From contig NC_086376.1 of assembly GCF_036588685.1 (NCBI RefSeq), positions 36,332,001 through 36,396,000 of the forward strand: a stretch of DNA of 64,000 nt, written 5' to 3'. The DNA comes from Mytilus trossulus (lineage: Eukaryota). The notes under the pieces are model-generated. The model was given only the letters and a program-made list of their open reading frames with translations, made no database searches and was not told the DNA's origin. The translations under genes and the position numbers were made by a program. This document shows, in pieces, positions 12,546-26,309 of this stretch (its first letter is position 1; every line of letters starts with the position of its first letter).

Positions 12546-13302
12546 ATTCATTTGTTGAAACACTGATATGAAGTCATTTGTTTGTTGTGTGAATATCCAA
12601 GCAATAAAGCGATTGTTTAACAGATTGAAGGTTTTAAAACCAACAATGTAATCTAGTGGCAAAATTCCAGATCTTTTTGACAAGTTATACTAAAACATAC
12701 GTTTTAAAACTTGTAACTTGTAATATATTGTCACGTATTGATTTGAAAATAGCAATACAGGATAAAAGTATTAGTCACGGTGTGTCTTTTTAAAAATATC
12801 TCCAAATATATTATGATATACAATTAAAACTGCGTATATTTAGCCACTTACATGCTGTGTAATAATTTGTATCTACTGACATTTTAAGATCTGAACATAA
12901 ATTTGTAACCCTTAATAATAAGTTTATTCAAAAGACCCCACTGAGTGCACATGGATCGTATCTAAGTTTACGAGCCCTATAAGCAACATCGCGTTAAAAC
13001 GTTTTTGTAAAGATCTTCATTAAACGTTGGAAACAATACGTGTAGATATACGAGTAGATCCCGAGGGAATTTGATAATACAAGAAAGAAAATCTCAATAA
13101 TTGTAGCAACAACAAAAAATAATTTTGTCACTCATTTTTGAACACCCTACCCATACTTATTTTAACTTCCCTTCTGAAAAAAAATGTTTTTTTTTAAAGT
13201 ATTTTTGAAGCAAACAATGGAGAAATCTCTATCCCCTGAATTCCAAAACAAGATAGTGATCCTTCTTATGAAAATATCTGGATCCGCCACTGTATATCTT
13301 AA

Positions 13303-14147
13303 TGTCCGCGTCACACTGTCCCGATTTTTATATACGATGGACACCCGAATGCGAAAATTGTTAGTTCGAACGAAGTTGGTCCCGATCTCGTTAAAATACA
13401 AAAAAGTGACCGAAGCAAGTACGATGAATAACAAAGTCTATGCGATGGTGCCGAAATCAAATACGATAGCAAAGGATGGACATACGAAGGAATACCGAAG
13501 ACGGTACTGAAGCTTCATATCTAAGCCGAAGCCTACACGATGGATCACGAAGGCTACACGATGGAGTACGAAGGCTACACGATGGATTACGATGATGGCG
13601 TGATGTCTTAAAGATGTCGTTTACAGCTTACGCATGTTACGATGCATTTAAATTATATGCCGAAGGCATCACACGTTTTAGATTGTTTGATGTGTGCACT
13701 AGTCTAAATAATCACCAATAATTATGCCCATGTTTACTGATCTATCTTAAAGGTAAGGTAATGGGTTGGTTGATCCCTTTTATTCAAAAAGAGCTCTTTC
13801 CAGGAGAATATCTTAATAATATAGTCAAAAAGAAGGATGTGGAAAAAAGCAACAAATGCGGCAAAATATGACATATAGAAAACAAAATGGTTATGGAGTT
13901 CCCGGTGACATTACGATGGTGAGGATGGTGATACGAACTCAATACGAACCCTCAACATCGGACGCACCTTCGGCGATTTTTTGGCATGTTAAAAAAAATT
14001 AGAATCCTTCCCGAAGTTGTCCCCGAAGGCTAGAAAAAGTGGCCGATGGTTAAAGATGGCGCTACGAATAGTCCGATCTTGATACGATCAGTCCCGATTT
14101 TGAAAATGTGCATAATCGTATTGCCATCGGTCAGTGTGACGCAGGCA
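13303..14147. mobile_element. PIF/Harbinger-like MITE (845 bp)
   Basis: Imperfect TIRs TGTCCGCGTCACACTGTCCCGAT and (rc) TGCCTGCGTCACACTGACCGAT, flanked by TAA on both sides (13300-13302, 14148-14150). Internal repeats of cgaaggctacacgatgga at about 13530-13590. Confidence 0.8.
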
Positions 14148-16224
14148 TAAGAAAACATAAAATTTAAAATTGGTTGTTCATTAATGGGACCATTATTTGA
14201 TATTCTTAGGGGAAGGGGGTGGGGGTGGGGTGGGTGGGAAATAAATGTCCTAGTCAGGTATAAGAACCAACATACTATGTTTGCCCAAGACGGGTTGAAA
14301 ATATACATTATACTCCAAAACCTATATAATTGTGTGTAAAAAAGTATAAAAGTAAAAATACAGCCGGCCTAGCAACAGGTTAAAAAGATTTCTGAACACC
14401 TTTTTAGATTTTTCCGAAAATCTAGTGATCATTTCTGCTTTAGACTTAAAAATAACAGCACGCAATTGGTTTCTGCAAAGTTTTCTATTGTGGCATTTTC
14501 CAGTTAGTTATATATTCTATATGGCCAACAAGAACTCAGAATTGGAAATACAATATGTTTATTCAATAGTTAATGTTTTATTTTATTTTTATATGCATCT
14601 ACAATGTACTTCAGTACGTCAATACAATTAAAAATATTCTTACCAGTGATACTGAATACACTAACTCCAAGATAAGTTAGGTTTACCGTAGTTAACTGTC
14701 CGGGACCTGCACACTCTGGCCACATTTAAATCTTTAACGATTTGTTAGAAATCTTTTACTCAAAAAAGAAAGTGAAAGTGGATGTCTTTGATTTTTAGAA
14801 AACAACGTCACCGAAATCAAAATGCACTGAATATACACAAGTAACCAATAGAGTCATAATATTGGATCACACCACTTGTATTGTTCGTGTGCATTATAAA
14901 GCTTTGATATCAAAAGTATCGAGTTGAGACGATGTTTTTGATTTTGTAAACGATTCCTGAACTGTGAACCAAGAACCTATTTTTGTCATCAGGAATTTCG
15001 AATTGTAATTTATTTTGTATGAATCAATATGTCAAAATATTTATTGATTTTTTTATATTTATAGTATATGTAATGGTCTATCATTCATTAATTAATTATT
15101 TTTTGATTTTGTGAAAGGGTCTACAAATGTGGCTTTACCTAAAAGAAACACGAAACCAAAAAAACAAAAAAAATACAAAAATATATCTTTAGTGCAATAG
15201 GTATAATATGTAGTCTTCAATCATAGCATTCATACCATGTCTTATTCACTTTTTTTTCAACCATAGACATGACAGCGTCTGTACAATGTGTCAAGTACTA
15301 ATTTTTCTTCTCTAAAACTAGACCTTGAATTACTTTTACTTTCAATTTGAATAATAGTCTTATAGAACATGATAAATTCATGAGTTGAAATTTAGCGTTT
15401 CCTTAAGGAACTGCGATTACTCGTACTTCAGTGCTCTGTGTCTTTTGTCTTTTTGTTATTTGTTTGTGTGCTTAGTGCTATTCTGCATGGTGAGACAAGC
15501 GCTTTCCAACTGATGTTGATAATGTGTTCTTATTTAAGTGTGGGGATGCAAAAATACGAAAATCCTGCAACAATCTTGATGAGTCTTTATGGACTGTCCA
15601 ACATTATTTGTTCATTGTTGAAGTAAAAATCAGGCCGCTCGTTTTCACCTTTGAAATGTATCAGATTATGTCAAACCGTGTTCTTTATAGTTTACTATTA
15701 TAGTAAACCATAAAGACTGGTATTATACAGTAGTGGTATTGCTAATTTTTGAAGAGCCGTATATGGACCGTAATCGTTCAGCTCTTGTCCTTTTGTCTTT
15801 GAGGATACTAATATGTGTTCTAATTGACAAATTGTGTTTTTTTTCAATTCACTGGTTTTTGACACAATAGAAAGAAAACTATCATTCAGGGGAAATAAAT
15901 GACGACTGATTTGCAAATCTTAATGTCCTGAACAGTTTTGCAAAATCTACAAAAAAATAAAAATATCAGCTATGGCAATAATCATAAAAGGAGTTAGTTG
16001 TTTATTTGTACAGTAGATATCATTTTGCTAAATTTCTTTGCTCGTTACATTATCGCTATATCTGTAATGATTTCTGAAAAAAAAAAAGAACATGGAAAAA
16101 AACAATCTTTCAGAGGTTATAATTTTTTTTTAACTCATCCGAGATGTCTTAAAGTATAATACTTTAAAAAAATGTCTTTTGATATTTTTGTTTAATATGT
16201 AATATATCTATAATTGTTTATAAT

Positions 16225-16960
16225 TTAATTATGGTTGTAACGCGTCTTCTGATTGGTTGACGTTGTTTTGATTATCAGCTCATAGACATAATTAGGTCAT
16301 GTGACCGTGACCGTGACGCCAACGTTTTTTTCATGATTTACTCCGGTTTAAAATGGAATTTAGAATTAAAATTATAAGAAATAACTGTAACATTTTATCT
16401 GACTATTCGAAATAACATAAAATGTGGTGCACACTATAATTTAAAAGGTTGCACTTTGTAAAAACAGCTGTTTCTCAAAACACGCCTCTTTTGGGGAGAT
16501 CTTTAATATTCATAGAAAGTTAATTTTGTTTACATTCTCGATATCAGTTATGCTCTCTGTGTTCCATCTCGTAGAGACAAAAGTTAAGAATGTTACCAGT
16601 AAATTTACATGTGCATATTGTTTACTATGAAATCTGTGGTAACCTTTCATTCGAGGTACGGGTAGTTAAGAAAATTAGTGTTAGTTTAAACTCTGAAGAG
16701 TTTAGGGCATATTAACGTTGAAAATATGCCGCACAGCCCTATATTTTGACCTTTGAAAAATTAATGTGGTGCATATGAACTTTCAATTGTGGGAAAAGAT
16801 TTGTTTCAAAACTTTATAGTAAAAGTGGTACAGTTTCAGCCATAAAAGGAGTTCCTATGTTAAATTGCATTGTCAATATTTACAGAAATGCAATCTAAAA
16901 TAACCCACTACGCGGGTTATTTAGTGTGCACCACATTTTTTATGTTAACAGTCATTCCTT
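16225..16960. mobile_element. Palindromic non-autonomous element interrupted by a ~460-bp insertion
   Basis: Inverted arms taacataaaatgtggtgcacact (about 16413-16435) and agtgtgcaccacattttttatgtta (about 16923-16947); central hairpin aataacccactacgcgggttatt; unrelated sequence at about 16437-16897. Confidence 0.5.
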
Positions 16961-19035
16961 AGATAAATTTAAAACAATTGAATTACTTAAAGATGACCAA
17001 AAAAAATCTTTGGTTAAGTTGATTTATTTGTAGATCTCATTTTACTGAAAGCCTCTTGTTCACATTTCACCTCCTTTCTATTAAAATAAATTACAGTTCC
17101 TATAAAATAAAAACATTATTTGTCTTTCCTGGTCAATAAATCTTATTAGGGGTCAATTGACAATTCATCTTTATCAGTTCATAAGTAGATTTTACTATTT
17201 TGGTTGTTTTTACTGTTTACAGCTTCAGTTTTTTTCTGTTATAGTTTTCAACACACGAACAAAAACTGCGAAGGTGTATATGATCGACCTATGCTTGTTC
17301 TCTTTTGTAAGTGTCATGGTTGTACGCGTTGGGTTTCCAAGTGGATTTTCAACACCTTTATCTTTTATCAAGTACATGTATTTGATATCATGGAATTAAC
17401 GAATTGTTTGAGGGTTTTGACTGCAAGAGTAATCATATATTTGTCATGCAGGCAAGTGCTTAGCAACATTTAAATCTTTAAAACTAGTCTCAGGAGGTAG
17501 TTCTTTATATGTTTTAATGACTTTACAGCCTTAATCTACTCGAAAACTTTAAATTGTAAGATTTGTTTCATGTTTTGTCCATCGAACTGCGTATTACTCG
17601 ACTGAATTCATAAATATTCTTAATTTGCGTTTGAGTTTATGAACCATGGCCCCGTAAGCATAAAAAACACGTAAGTTAAGAAATCAAAACGTAGTAATTT
17701 TTTTGTTTGGCATGTGGAAAATCCGCCCGTTCGGAACAAATTTTCACTCAAGTAGTCTTTCAACTATTTGGCAAACACATTTCTTTAGAAAAGTGTTAAT
17801 GACAATGTGCTTAGATCTGCTTAGGACACCAGTGATAAAGTGGTTAGCTGGATTATGTATGAGTGTTGAATATTATATAACTGCACAATCAATTTAAAAT
17901 GATAAATATTAATTTATAATAAAGAATATTCGGGCAAAAGCCACATTGTTAGATTGAGTTATGAAGAAATTGGACAATAGTTCTGCTTTACTTACTTACT
18001 GTAGGGCAAGGAAAAAGTTCTACTTTGGATAATGAAAATTAATTAAACATTCGAATATATTTGATTCACAATTTGATTGATTGATTATTTGATTTGGTCG
18101 CATAAAGAGCTTAATTATAATAATCAAATAGTTATCTAAAGAGAGTAACTCATTCGGATTACACCAATTTCCCAAAAGGCTCTTTTAATACAATACTAAG
18201 TACCTTTTTCCATCACAGTTGAGACATGCTACACGTATATACATGTACATGCTTATTCAGGTCTAGAATACTATTCTATTCGGTACTAAACAGGTAGAAA
18301 CTTATTTATTTTTTTATTCTTATTTGGATTTTCCATAATATTAGCAAAACCGTGCCTGTTCAATACTTGTCATGTCTAAGACTTCCTTATTTCTTTTGTT
18401 TTTATTTAAATTTAGAACATTAAGGAATAATTACGACCATACCATCAGTACACGTGTAGATATAATTTAAAATAATTACACAGAATTTTAACAGGTACCA
18501 TTGTATTTACGCGTGGTATATCATAATTGTCATTAAAAAGAAATATCGTTTTATGTGAACACAGTGGTATCGTACTCTTTAAAATGCTTTGTCAAAGTCT
18601 ATAGATAATAATGGTCTTTTCGTCGTAATTTTTTCTTAAAGCCATGGTGTTTTCTGTTTTTTTTTCCACCAGCTATGCTACAGTTATATTCTACTCTACT
18701 ACTGTACGACTTGAATTTTATTTAATTTTGATTTATCATTATATGTGACACTTCCTTTATATACCAGTACACATTCACGTGTTAAGGAAATATAAAATGC
18801 ATTTAAAGTAGTGCTTTTTTTGTTAGTTTTCAAAGATTAATTACATGTGGAAGTAGAAAATTCCATACTAGATTATTCTGACCGCTTTATCAATCAATCT
18901 ACAGAAAAAGTTTTATGTGAACACAGTGTTATCGTACCCTTAATTGAACTTTGTAGTAGTTTATCTTCAAATTTGATAAAATTCAATCTCTAAATATTGA
19001 ACAATGGCGTGTTCGTCATAATTCATACAAGGAAA

Positions 19036-19107
19036 ATGGCTGATTTCAAAACAATGTTTCTTCAGTTATTATGGATTCTTCTTGTCATGAAGAGTGTGGA
19101 TTCTGCG
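19036..19107 (+). CDS. Mucin-like type I membrane protein, exon 1 (signal peptide)
   Basis: ATG in aaaATGG context; encodes MADFKTMFLQLLWILLVMKSVDSA (hydrophobic core, V-D-S-A cleavage-like end); phase-0 donor GCG|GTAAAG. Confidence 0.8.
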
Positions 19108-20779
19108 GTAAAGTTTTAAAATAACATAAGTCAAAGTATTTCATTCATATCTACATAAACCACGTGTTATTCTATAAGTTTCAATGAATGTTTATCTGTT
19201 ACATAGTACCATGCTAAAAGTGCATAATCAGTTGGACAGATTTACAAGAAGTGATTGATACAAGTTGTTGTTGGCTATATTTCGATTTAATGGCTTTTTA
19301 TGTATTTACCAAAATGTTTTTACTTCAGGTGTTTACCCTGTTTGCTTACGTTTCTGGCAAAAAAATGAACAAATGTATGTTTGAAATAAACAATCATGTT
19401 GCACGAGATTTCAAAATTATCGATGTTCAAAAGTAGAAAAAAGGCGAATTGACGGCCAATTATAGTTACAACTTACAAATCAAGACACATGTTTACAATA
19501 ACATAATTTAAAATAACCCCTAAAAACAGTTTATTTTCAGTCCCTTCAGAATCAAAACCGTTTAGATTATCAGGTTTGCTATCGCATTTTTTCGTGAGCA
19601 CACATCATTTATGTATTTACGAGTTACTAGTATTTAGAAATATGGATACAATATAATTATGATATGATTGGTATATAAGACAATATTCATATAGATCAAC
19701 GAAAAAGAATGATTTCCGTATGGCCTCCATATCTTGGTATTAAAGATTTTACGTTTTACGTCAGAGCCATTCAAGGACAAAGTAGCCGGGTTCACATCCA
19801 TAGTTTTGTATCAGGAGAGTATGATTTGCATTACACAATTGCTTATGGTGTCATACCACCAATTAAAAGTCCCTATCTGCTCAACCAAATTTTGCCATTT
19901 TCACAGCTTTTAAAATGTTTTACCTTAAGTTTTACTTCATAGAAACCAGGTATATGCATTATCCTGAATAATACATGTATCAGCTTTCTACATACAATTT
20001 GCAACAGATGTTTTAAGTCATATAAAAAAGTAAAAAGGTCTTCCGAATAGAGGTATCACTAAAAATAACCCTTGGTTTTCTGGAAATCTTAAATTAGTAT
20101 ACTATGGAGTGCATTAATCCTCAATTTTGAATGCAAACTCATAAACAAGTAAATTTTAGCTTAAAAGGGTCTTACTATATTTCTCTTTCACCAAAAGTTT
20201 CATTTCTGCCAATTTGTTGGTTAGTTTAAGTAAACAATGAAATCAAATGCACTATTTTTTGTCCGAGTAGGCCTACTTTCACGTTTCTAAATTTGAGGGA
20301 GTAATTGGTGGTGTGATACATATATACCTGCATTTACAAAAACATATCTGAAAAACATGTATTTCAAAAATTATTCTGTCAATTGAGAAGTCTAAGACAT
20401 CTTTCATATTAGTCCAATGATGAGAATTATGTTGAATAATTTTTGTTTTCTTTTGCAAGCACGAGATAACGTGTTGTTAATGTTGGGGTATATTACTTGC
20501 GACACTCATGCTTGAATGATCAAAATAAATGGGAAGCAATCGTCGTTATTTAAGATGTATATTGTAATGTCTTTAAATTCTTTAGATAAATGGCTTGTTA
20601 TATCAGCAACATATGATATGCAAACACTTGCAGACAGAAACCTATTTAGCTTAATACCAATGAGGACGTTATCATCAGATTTGTTTTTAGATGGTCTTGC
20701 TCAAGTTTTTATACTAGGAGTGGGCAGCTCTTAATAAAACACATATAGTTTAAAACATAACATATTTGCTTTTTCTTAG

Positions 20780-21241
20780 GATACTACAGGAAAACACACA
20801 GGGTCGCCTAAACCACCAATGATTAATACAATAATTAACTCGTCAACACCCGTACTAACAACAGTACCAGCAGCAACACCAACAACACCACCGACAACTC
20901 TAATTACCAAATCAACAACCATTCCATCGACAACTATAACAACCGTTCCATCGACAACTTCAACAATAAAATCAACAAAAGTACCATCTACAACTTCCAA
21001 AATAAAATCAACAACCGTTCCATCAGTAAGTTCAACAACAAAATCAACAACAGTACCATCGACATCTTCAACCACGGTACCATCGATCACTTCACCAACA
21101 ATAACAGCAACTGTACCACTGACTAATACAGAAACAAAAACATCAATAACTGTACCAGATTCAACTTCTGTACCAACTATAACAACAGTAAACAAATCAG
21201 ATATACCACCAACGACAGCAACGTCAAAATCTGAGCTAACG
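20780..21241 (+). CDS. Mucin-like type I membrane protein, exon 2 (Thr/Ser/Pro-rich ectodomain)
   Basis: Acceptor ttttcttAG|GAT, in frame with ORF 20819; degenerate KSTTVPS-like repeats; phase-0 donor ACG|GTAAGT. Confidence 0.85.
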
Positions 21242-23974
21242 GTAAGTTTATCTTTATTCTTTGTCATGTACGCAATTGTGTCGCAGAATCTTATACCAAA
21301 AGTGTTTTCGACCACCTTCGATCGCTTTAATTTTGTAAAAATCTTATAGTACATAAATTCAGCTGCGATACTTTAATGTATTTATAGATTGATAGTCTTC
21401 TTTTTTCGAAATAATCTTACTGTGATAAATTCGGTGAAAATCGGATACTAAATATTAAAACAAGTTGCTTTCTTTAAAAAAAAAAAAAAAAAAGAAAAGC
21501 AATACATGAACCTAAGACGGCTGACTGCCGGGTCACAAAAAGAGTGTTGCTGAATTTGTTTTTTTTCTTTTGCATTTAAATAATTGACTGTGAATAGAAG
21601 AAGCCAGTTGAAAGTATATATTTACAGCTTCTATTTGAATGGGCCGATTTGAATAGTCATTTTAAAGCCTAGACTATTATATTTATTACTTGGGAATGTA
21701 CATAATTTTTCCAATTATAACCCTTTGGCAAATTCTAATTTCTACTTACCGGATGACTTATGCAAATTACACAAACCTATCGCAATATAAATTTATGCTC
21801 TCAGTTTGTTTTATAATCTGGAATTCTGGATGCATTTATTTTATCTATCCTATCTTTATATTTTGTTTCCTACATGAATGCCTTTATACCCAACTCGTAT
21901 TTGAAGCTGTCTTTACTCATGGTAGATGTTTTATATGTGGTGAAACCTGTAGCATGCAATTTATTCGGACCTCTTGCGAACAGACTTATTTTGGTCTCAT
22001 AAAACATCTCAAATTTTAAGGATTTCCTGATTTTACTTAAATCAATTCAAACATTATACAGGGAAACTTAGTTTTGCCGAAGAATTCCTTAATTCAGAAG
22101 TTTATTAATACCTGTATACACTTTCAAAATAACCAATTTATATAAAAAGGTATGTAGATATAAAAAGATACCAGAATTAAAATGATGTACACAAGACACG
22201 AGTTAAGTCTAAAAAAAGCAACAGTGACGCTCGAATGAAAAAAGTTAAAAGGCTAAATACATAACAAAGTTTAGGAATCTATTCCTTGGGTAGATAATCC
22301 TTAGCTTTTCAAAAAGGTCAAAGTTTATAATAGGACAGTGACTCAAAAAGAAACAAAAGAGAAACAACTCGAGGTCAGAATACCTTTAGTAATGATGATC
22401 ATGCTTGAAAGTCACAATGTAAATCTCTTTCTGCCGTGTCTTGAATTTAGATAACAAAAACGAAAATAAGCTTTCACGAGTGAATCTAATAGTATTGCAT
22501 GCCAGTAGTATTTTAGAGCACGAAATAGTAAAAAGAAAGCATCTCACTGATACCCAGGAAAAGAATACGCATTTGCGTCAACACATATCTTAATATAATA
22601 GTTGAATTCGAATTGACATTTTATCCGGAATTTTTGACAACGCAAAACGATAGTGTGCTTTTGAAATGTGATCTATAATGTGAATGAATCAAGACGTGTA
22701 AGATAGTAGGTCAACACAATGAATACAATATTCAAAACCGTACCATAGTAAAAATATGTAGATGCTATAATGTTAAACTATTTTTATACAAACAAACAAA
22801 AATTGAATTAAAGTTTTTTAATGAACTAACGTTAGTTTTTCTTTTTCAAATTCTTTTGAATATATATAACATTAATAAACACGAACGTCAAGTATTTACG
22901 GATGGACATTGTATTTATCGAATGAATCTATTTCTAAATTATTACATTCCACTATGTGAATATATTACTATACAAAATATAAGCAAAATCAACTAAATCC
23001 ATACTAAAACAATATAAAATAATCAACATTATGGTTGTAATTAAATTTTGTTGTGAATATTGTAAATTATTTTTATGGTTGTTGTGAGCAGCAAGGATTT
23101 AAAATAATGCTTTATGAAATAAGAACACACAAGTGTTTTTATTCACGACCGTTTAAAATCTAAATATTTGATAAATTCATCTTACTTTCCGTTTTATGAT
23201 TATATTACAATACAAAAAAATAAAAATTATTACTAATCAAACCTAAAAACTAAAACGGTATGAGATAATAAACGTAAAAATATAATAATTATTGTTTGTA
23301 AACATTTTTTTTTGTAGGATGCAAGAATTTTATAAGATTTTATTTTTATTTTTCCTTTACAAATGAATATTTAAAAATACCAAAGCAGAGTATATTGTCA
23401 TATAAAATACTTATTCCTTAATTGCAACTCTGAAAATATTCTGATTTCAATCATTGTTAGTTTCTTCAGAAACATAAATACAGTTTATATTATATATATA
23501 TTTCTTTCATTCCGATTAAATTAAATACGTTTGATAAGAATATTATCTTTCTGTTTTCCGATCTAATATTAATAGTTTAACCAGTATGTTCTCCACGTAA
23601 GTCTATAATGAAATACACAGTCAGTATCCCGTGGTTAAATCTTCAAACATAATTAGTTAACATGTTATCGAGACAACGTTATAATTGACCCAGATACACA
23701 CATCGTACAGTAGTCGTTTTAAAACAGATATAATTGCGTCGTCAAGGGACATCACGGGACCATATCAAAGCCGTAGATAACAACCTCTTTAGACCTGTAT
23801 AAATGACAGAAAACTTTCGAGACGTTCCGAGAATTTTATTCTGACTTCCGGCTGAGAGATATCGAGTGGCCCATAGACACATCCAAAACTCACCAATATA
23901 TAAGCATGAACCCCTCAGGGGGTTCATGAAAAAAAAAAACCGGAATTACATAAAGGTTTGTTCTGATCGATCCA

Positions 23975-24890
23975 TTTTTATACGCCCATCAAAATATTTA
24001 CGGGACGTATTATGGTCTACAAATGTCCGGTGTCTGTCTGTCTGTCTGTCCGTCCGTGCGTCTGTCTGTCTGTCCGTCCATCTGTCTGTCTGGCGTAAAC
24101 ATGTCGCACCGTAACTTGAGAACGACTTTTCTAAATTTCATGAAACTTACTATATTTTTTTCTTATGATGGTCAAATGATCTGTTAACTTTTTGGTGAAA
24201 ATCAGATTTAAACTTGCTGAATTACGGCACTTTGTAACTAAAACAGGGGTGTGTTTTTTTAACATGTCGCACTGTATCTCAAAAACGATTCTTGATTATT
24301 GCTTAAAACTTTGCACACTTCTTAGTTATATTAATCTTAATATCTGTATACTTTTTTGGTGATATTTCAAAATTTCATTTTTGAGTTATTAAGTATTTTG
24401 TAAAAAAAAGGGCGAGGGGTTTTACACATGTCGTGCCGTATCTCAAAAACCATTTATGATTATTGCTTAAAACTTTACACACTTCTTTGTTATATTAATC
24501 TTATTAATAAGATCTGTATACTTTTGGTGATGACTCAAAATTTGATTTTTGAGTTATTGAGTATTTTGTAAAAAAAGGGGAGGGTTTCTTTTACATGTCG
24601 CGCCGTATCTCAATTTTTTTTTTATGATTATTGCTTAAAACTTAACACTTTTTTGTTATAGCTATCTAAATATCTGTATACTTTTTGGTTTTGATTCAAA
24701 AAATTATTTAAGTGATCATATTAAGTTTTTTGAGAAAAAAAAGATGTATGAGGGGTTTCATTTGTCCCTCCGTATCTCAAAAACAATAAATGGTTATTGC
24801 TTAAAACGTTCTCAGAAACTATTTAGGATTTTTGCATAAAACTTTCACACAAGACGACGGGCGTATCATGCGATTATGGCGCAGCTGTTT
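23975..24890 (+). mobile_element. Non-autonomous Helentron/HINE-like element with ~165-bp tandem core (in mucin intron 2)
   Basis: T-run start, subTIRs atacgcccatc (23980) and gacgggcgtat (24856), (GTCT/GTCC)n microsatellite at about 24025-24090, about 5 repeats beginning acatgtcgc-like (about 24099, 24262, 24427, 24593, 24760), 3' hairpin tgcgattatggcgca before ttt. Confidence 0.82.
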
Positions 24891-26057
24891 ATTTACGAAG
24901 TACTAGCACTTTGATTAGTTACAATCGTAATATTTCGGTCGCAGATTTTACAAGCTTGAATTATGCCCAACAAGCCAATTTCCTTGGTGTTCACTTTAGG
25001 GTAAATTATAGCCTTGAAATTCAACTATAAAAAAAACCTTAAGGGGTTCTCCTGAAATGTGTCTCGACTACGGTTTGTTGATGTCAGTGTAAAAGTGTAA
25101 TGTTTATTTAAAAAGTGAGCCAATCTATAAGAAAAATACATAATTTTAAACAAAATCAAATTCTTTATATAGATGCTATTTCTTTGTCTTGAATATATTT
25201 TAAAAGCTTTTGTCCAAGATTCAAAGCAATCTATGAAGGTTAAAAGAAACTGAAAATGAAAAATATTTTTTCAAAATATAAAAAAAGAAGATGTGAAAAG
25301 TATTTGATAAGTAACAAACTGTATCTCCAGACTTGTTAATTGTTAAATGAAAAAACATATATTTCCATTCATCAGTAAAATACATATTTTTTTTTTTATA
25401 TGAAACACCTCAATTGAGAAAACTATAACGGCAGTATTTATAACAACAATTCATGAAGAACAAACATGACAGACATGAATCACAGGCTTCTAACTTCGGA
25501 CATGTTTGTGAGCACTCAGTTGTAAAAAGCTGAACTTATCATAAAGATACAAATAGATGCTCATCTATCAAAAACACTGAGTGGACGTGTACATCCAAAA
25601 CCTAAAAGACACAACACATGTTTGAAGTCCACTGAAGTTTCGACCGAGTGCGGGATTTTTTCTCGCTGTGTTGAAGACTCTTGTGTACCTATTTTTTGTT
25701 GTTGTGATGTACAAATACCCGTTCACGTACACTTGTATGTTTGTCCATAGATACGTCAAACTTTTTTGAAATGAATTTTATAGTTCGTTTTTATGTTGTA
25801 CGTTGATCTTTAGCTGTTAATTTCTGTGTCATTTTTGTCTCGTGTGGAGAGTTGTCTCATTTGCAATCATACCACATCTTCTTTTTTATATTCGGTTGAT
25901 TTTTGCTCTTTGGTCGGGTTGTTGTCTCTTTGACCCATTCCCAATTTCCATTCTCAAGTTGCTACATTGTGAGTACTGATCTGAGAGTACTCGCAGTTAC
26001 TGACAGCTAGTTCAAAGTCAATAAAAACTAATGACAAAAATCATGTATCTAAGACTA

Positions 26058-26309
26058 ATATATGAGGGAGAGGACAGGGGTAAGGGAGACAGAGAGAAAG
26101 GGGTTAGGAGAAAGGAGAAAGGGGTGGGAGAAAGGAGAAAGGGGGTAGGAGAAAGGAGAGGAAGAAGTTGGAGAAAAAATTAAAATATGAAAATAAAAAT
26201 ATCTTTCTTTTTTCCGGTAAATTAAAAAAAATAAAATAAGGAGAAGAGGGGTAGGAGAAAGGAGAAGAGGGGTGGGAGAAGGATACCCCCTGTCCTCCTC
26301 CTCATATAT
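26058..26309. mobile_element. Small MITE with purine-rich (GGAGAAAGGAGAAAGGGG) interior
   Basis: TIRs atatatgagggagaggacagggg and cccctgtcctcctcctcatatat; appears inserted into another repeat. Confidence 0.65.

Noticed and set aside
13162-14308. Short ORFs inside the Harbinger-like element and other MITEs (e.g. 42254-43470)
   Set aside because: No transposase motifs; chance ORFs in repeats
20776-21354. 192-aa Val/Asp/Gly-rich minus-strand ORF
   Set aside because: Antisense shadow of ACN-rich mucin exon 2; splice signals support the plus strand
24099-24800. Regularly spaced repeats as a possible CRISPR array
   Set aside because: Whole ~165-bp units are similar, with no unique spacers and no cas genes, in a eukaryotic transposon context
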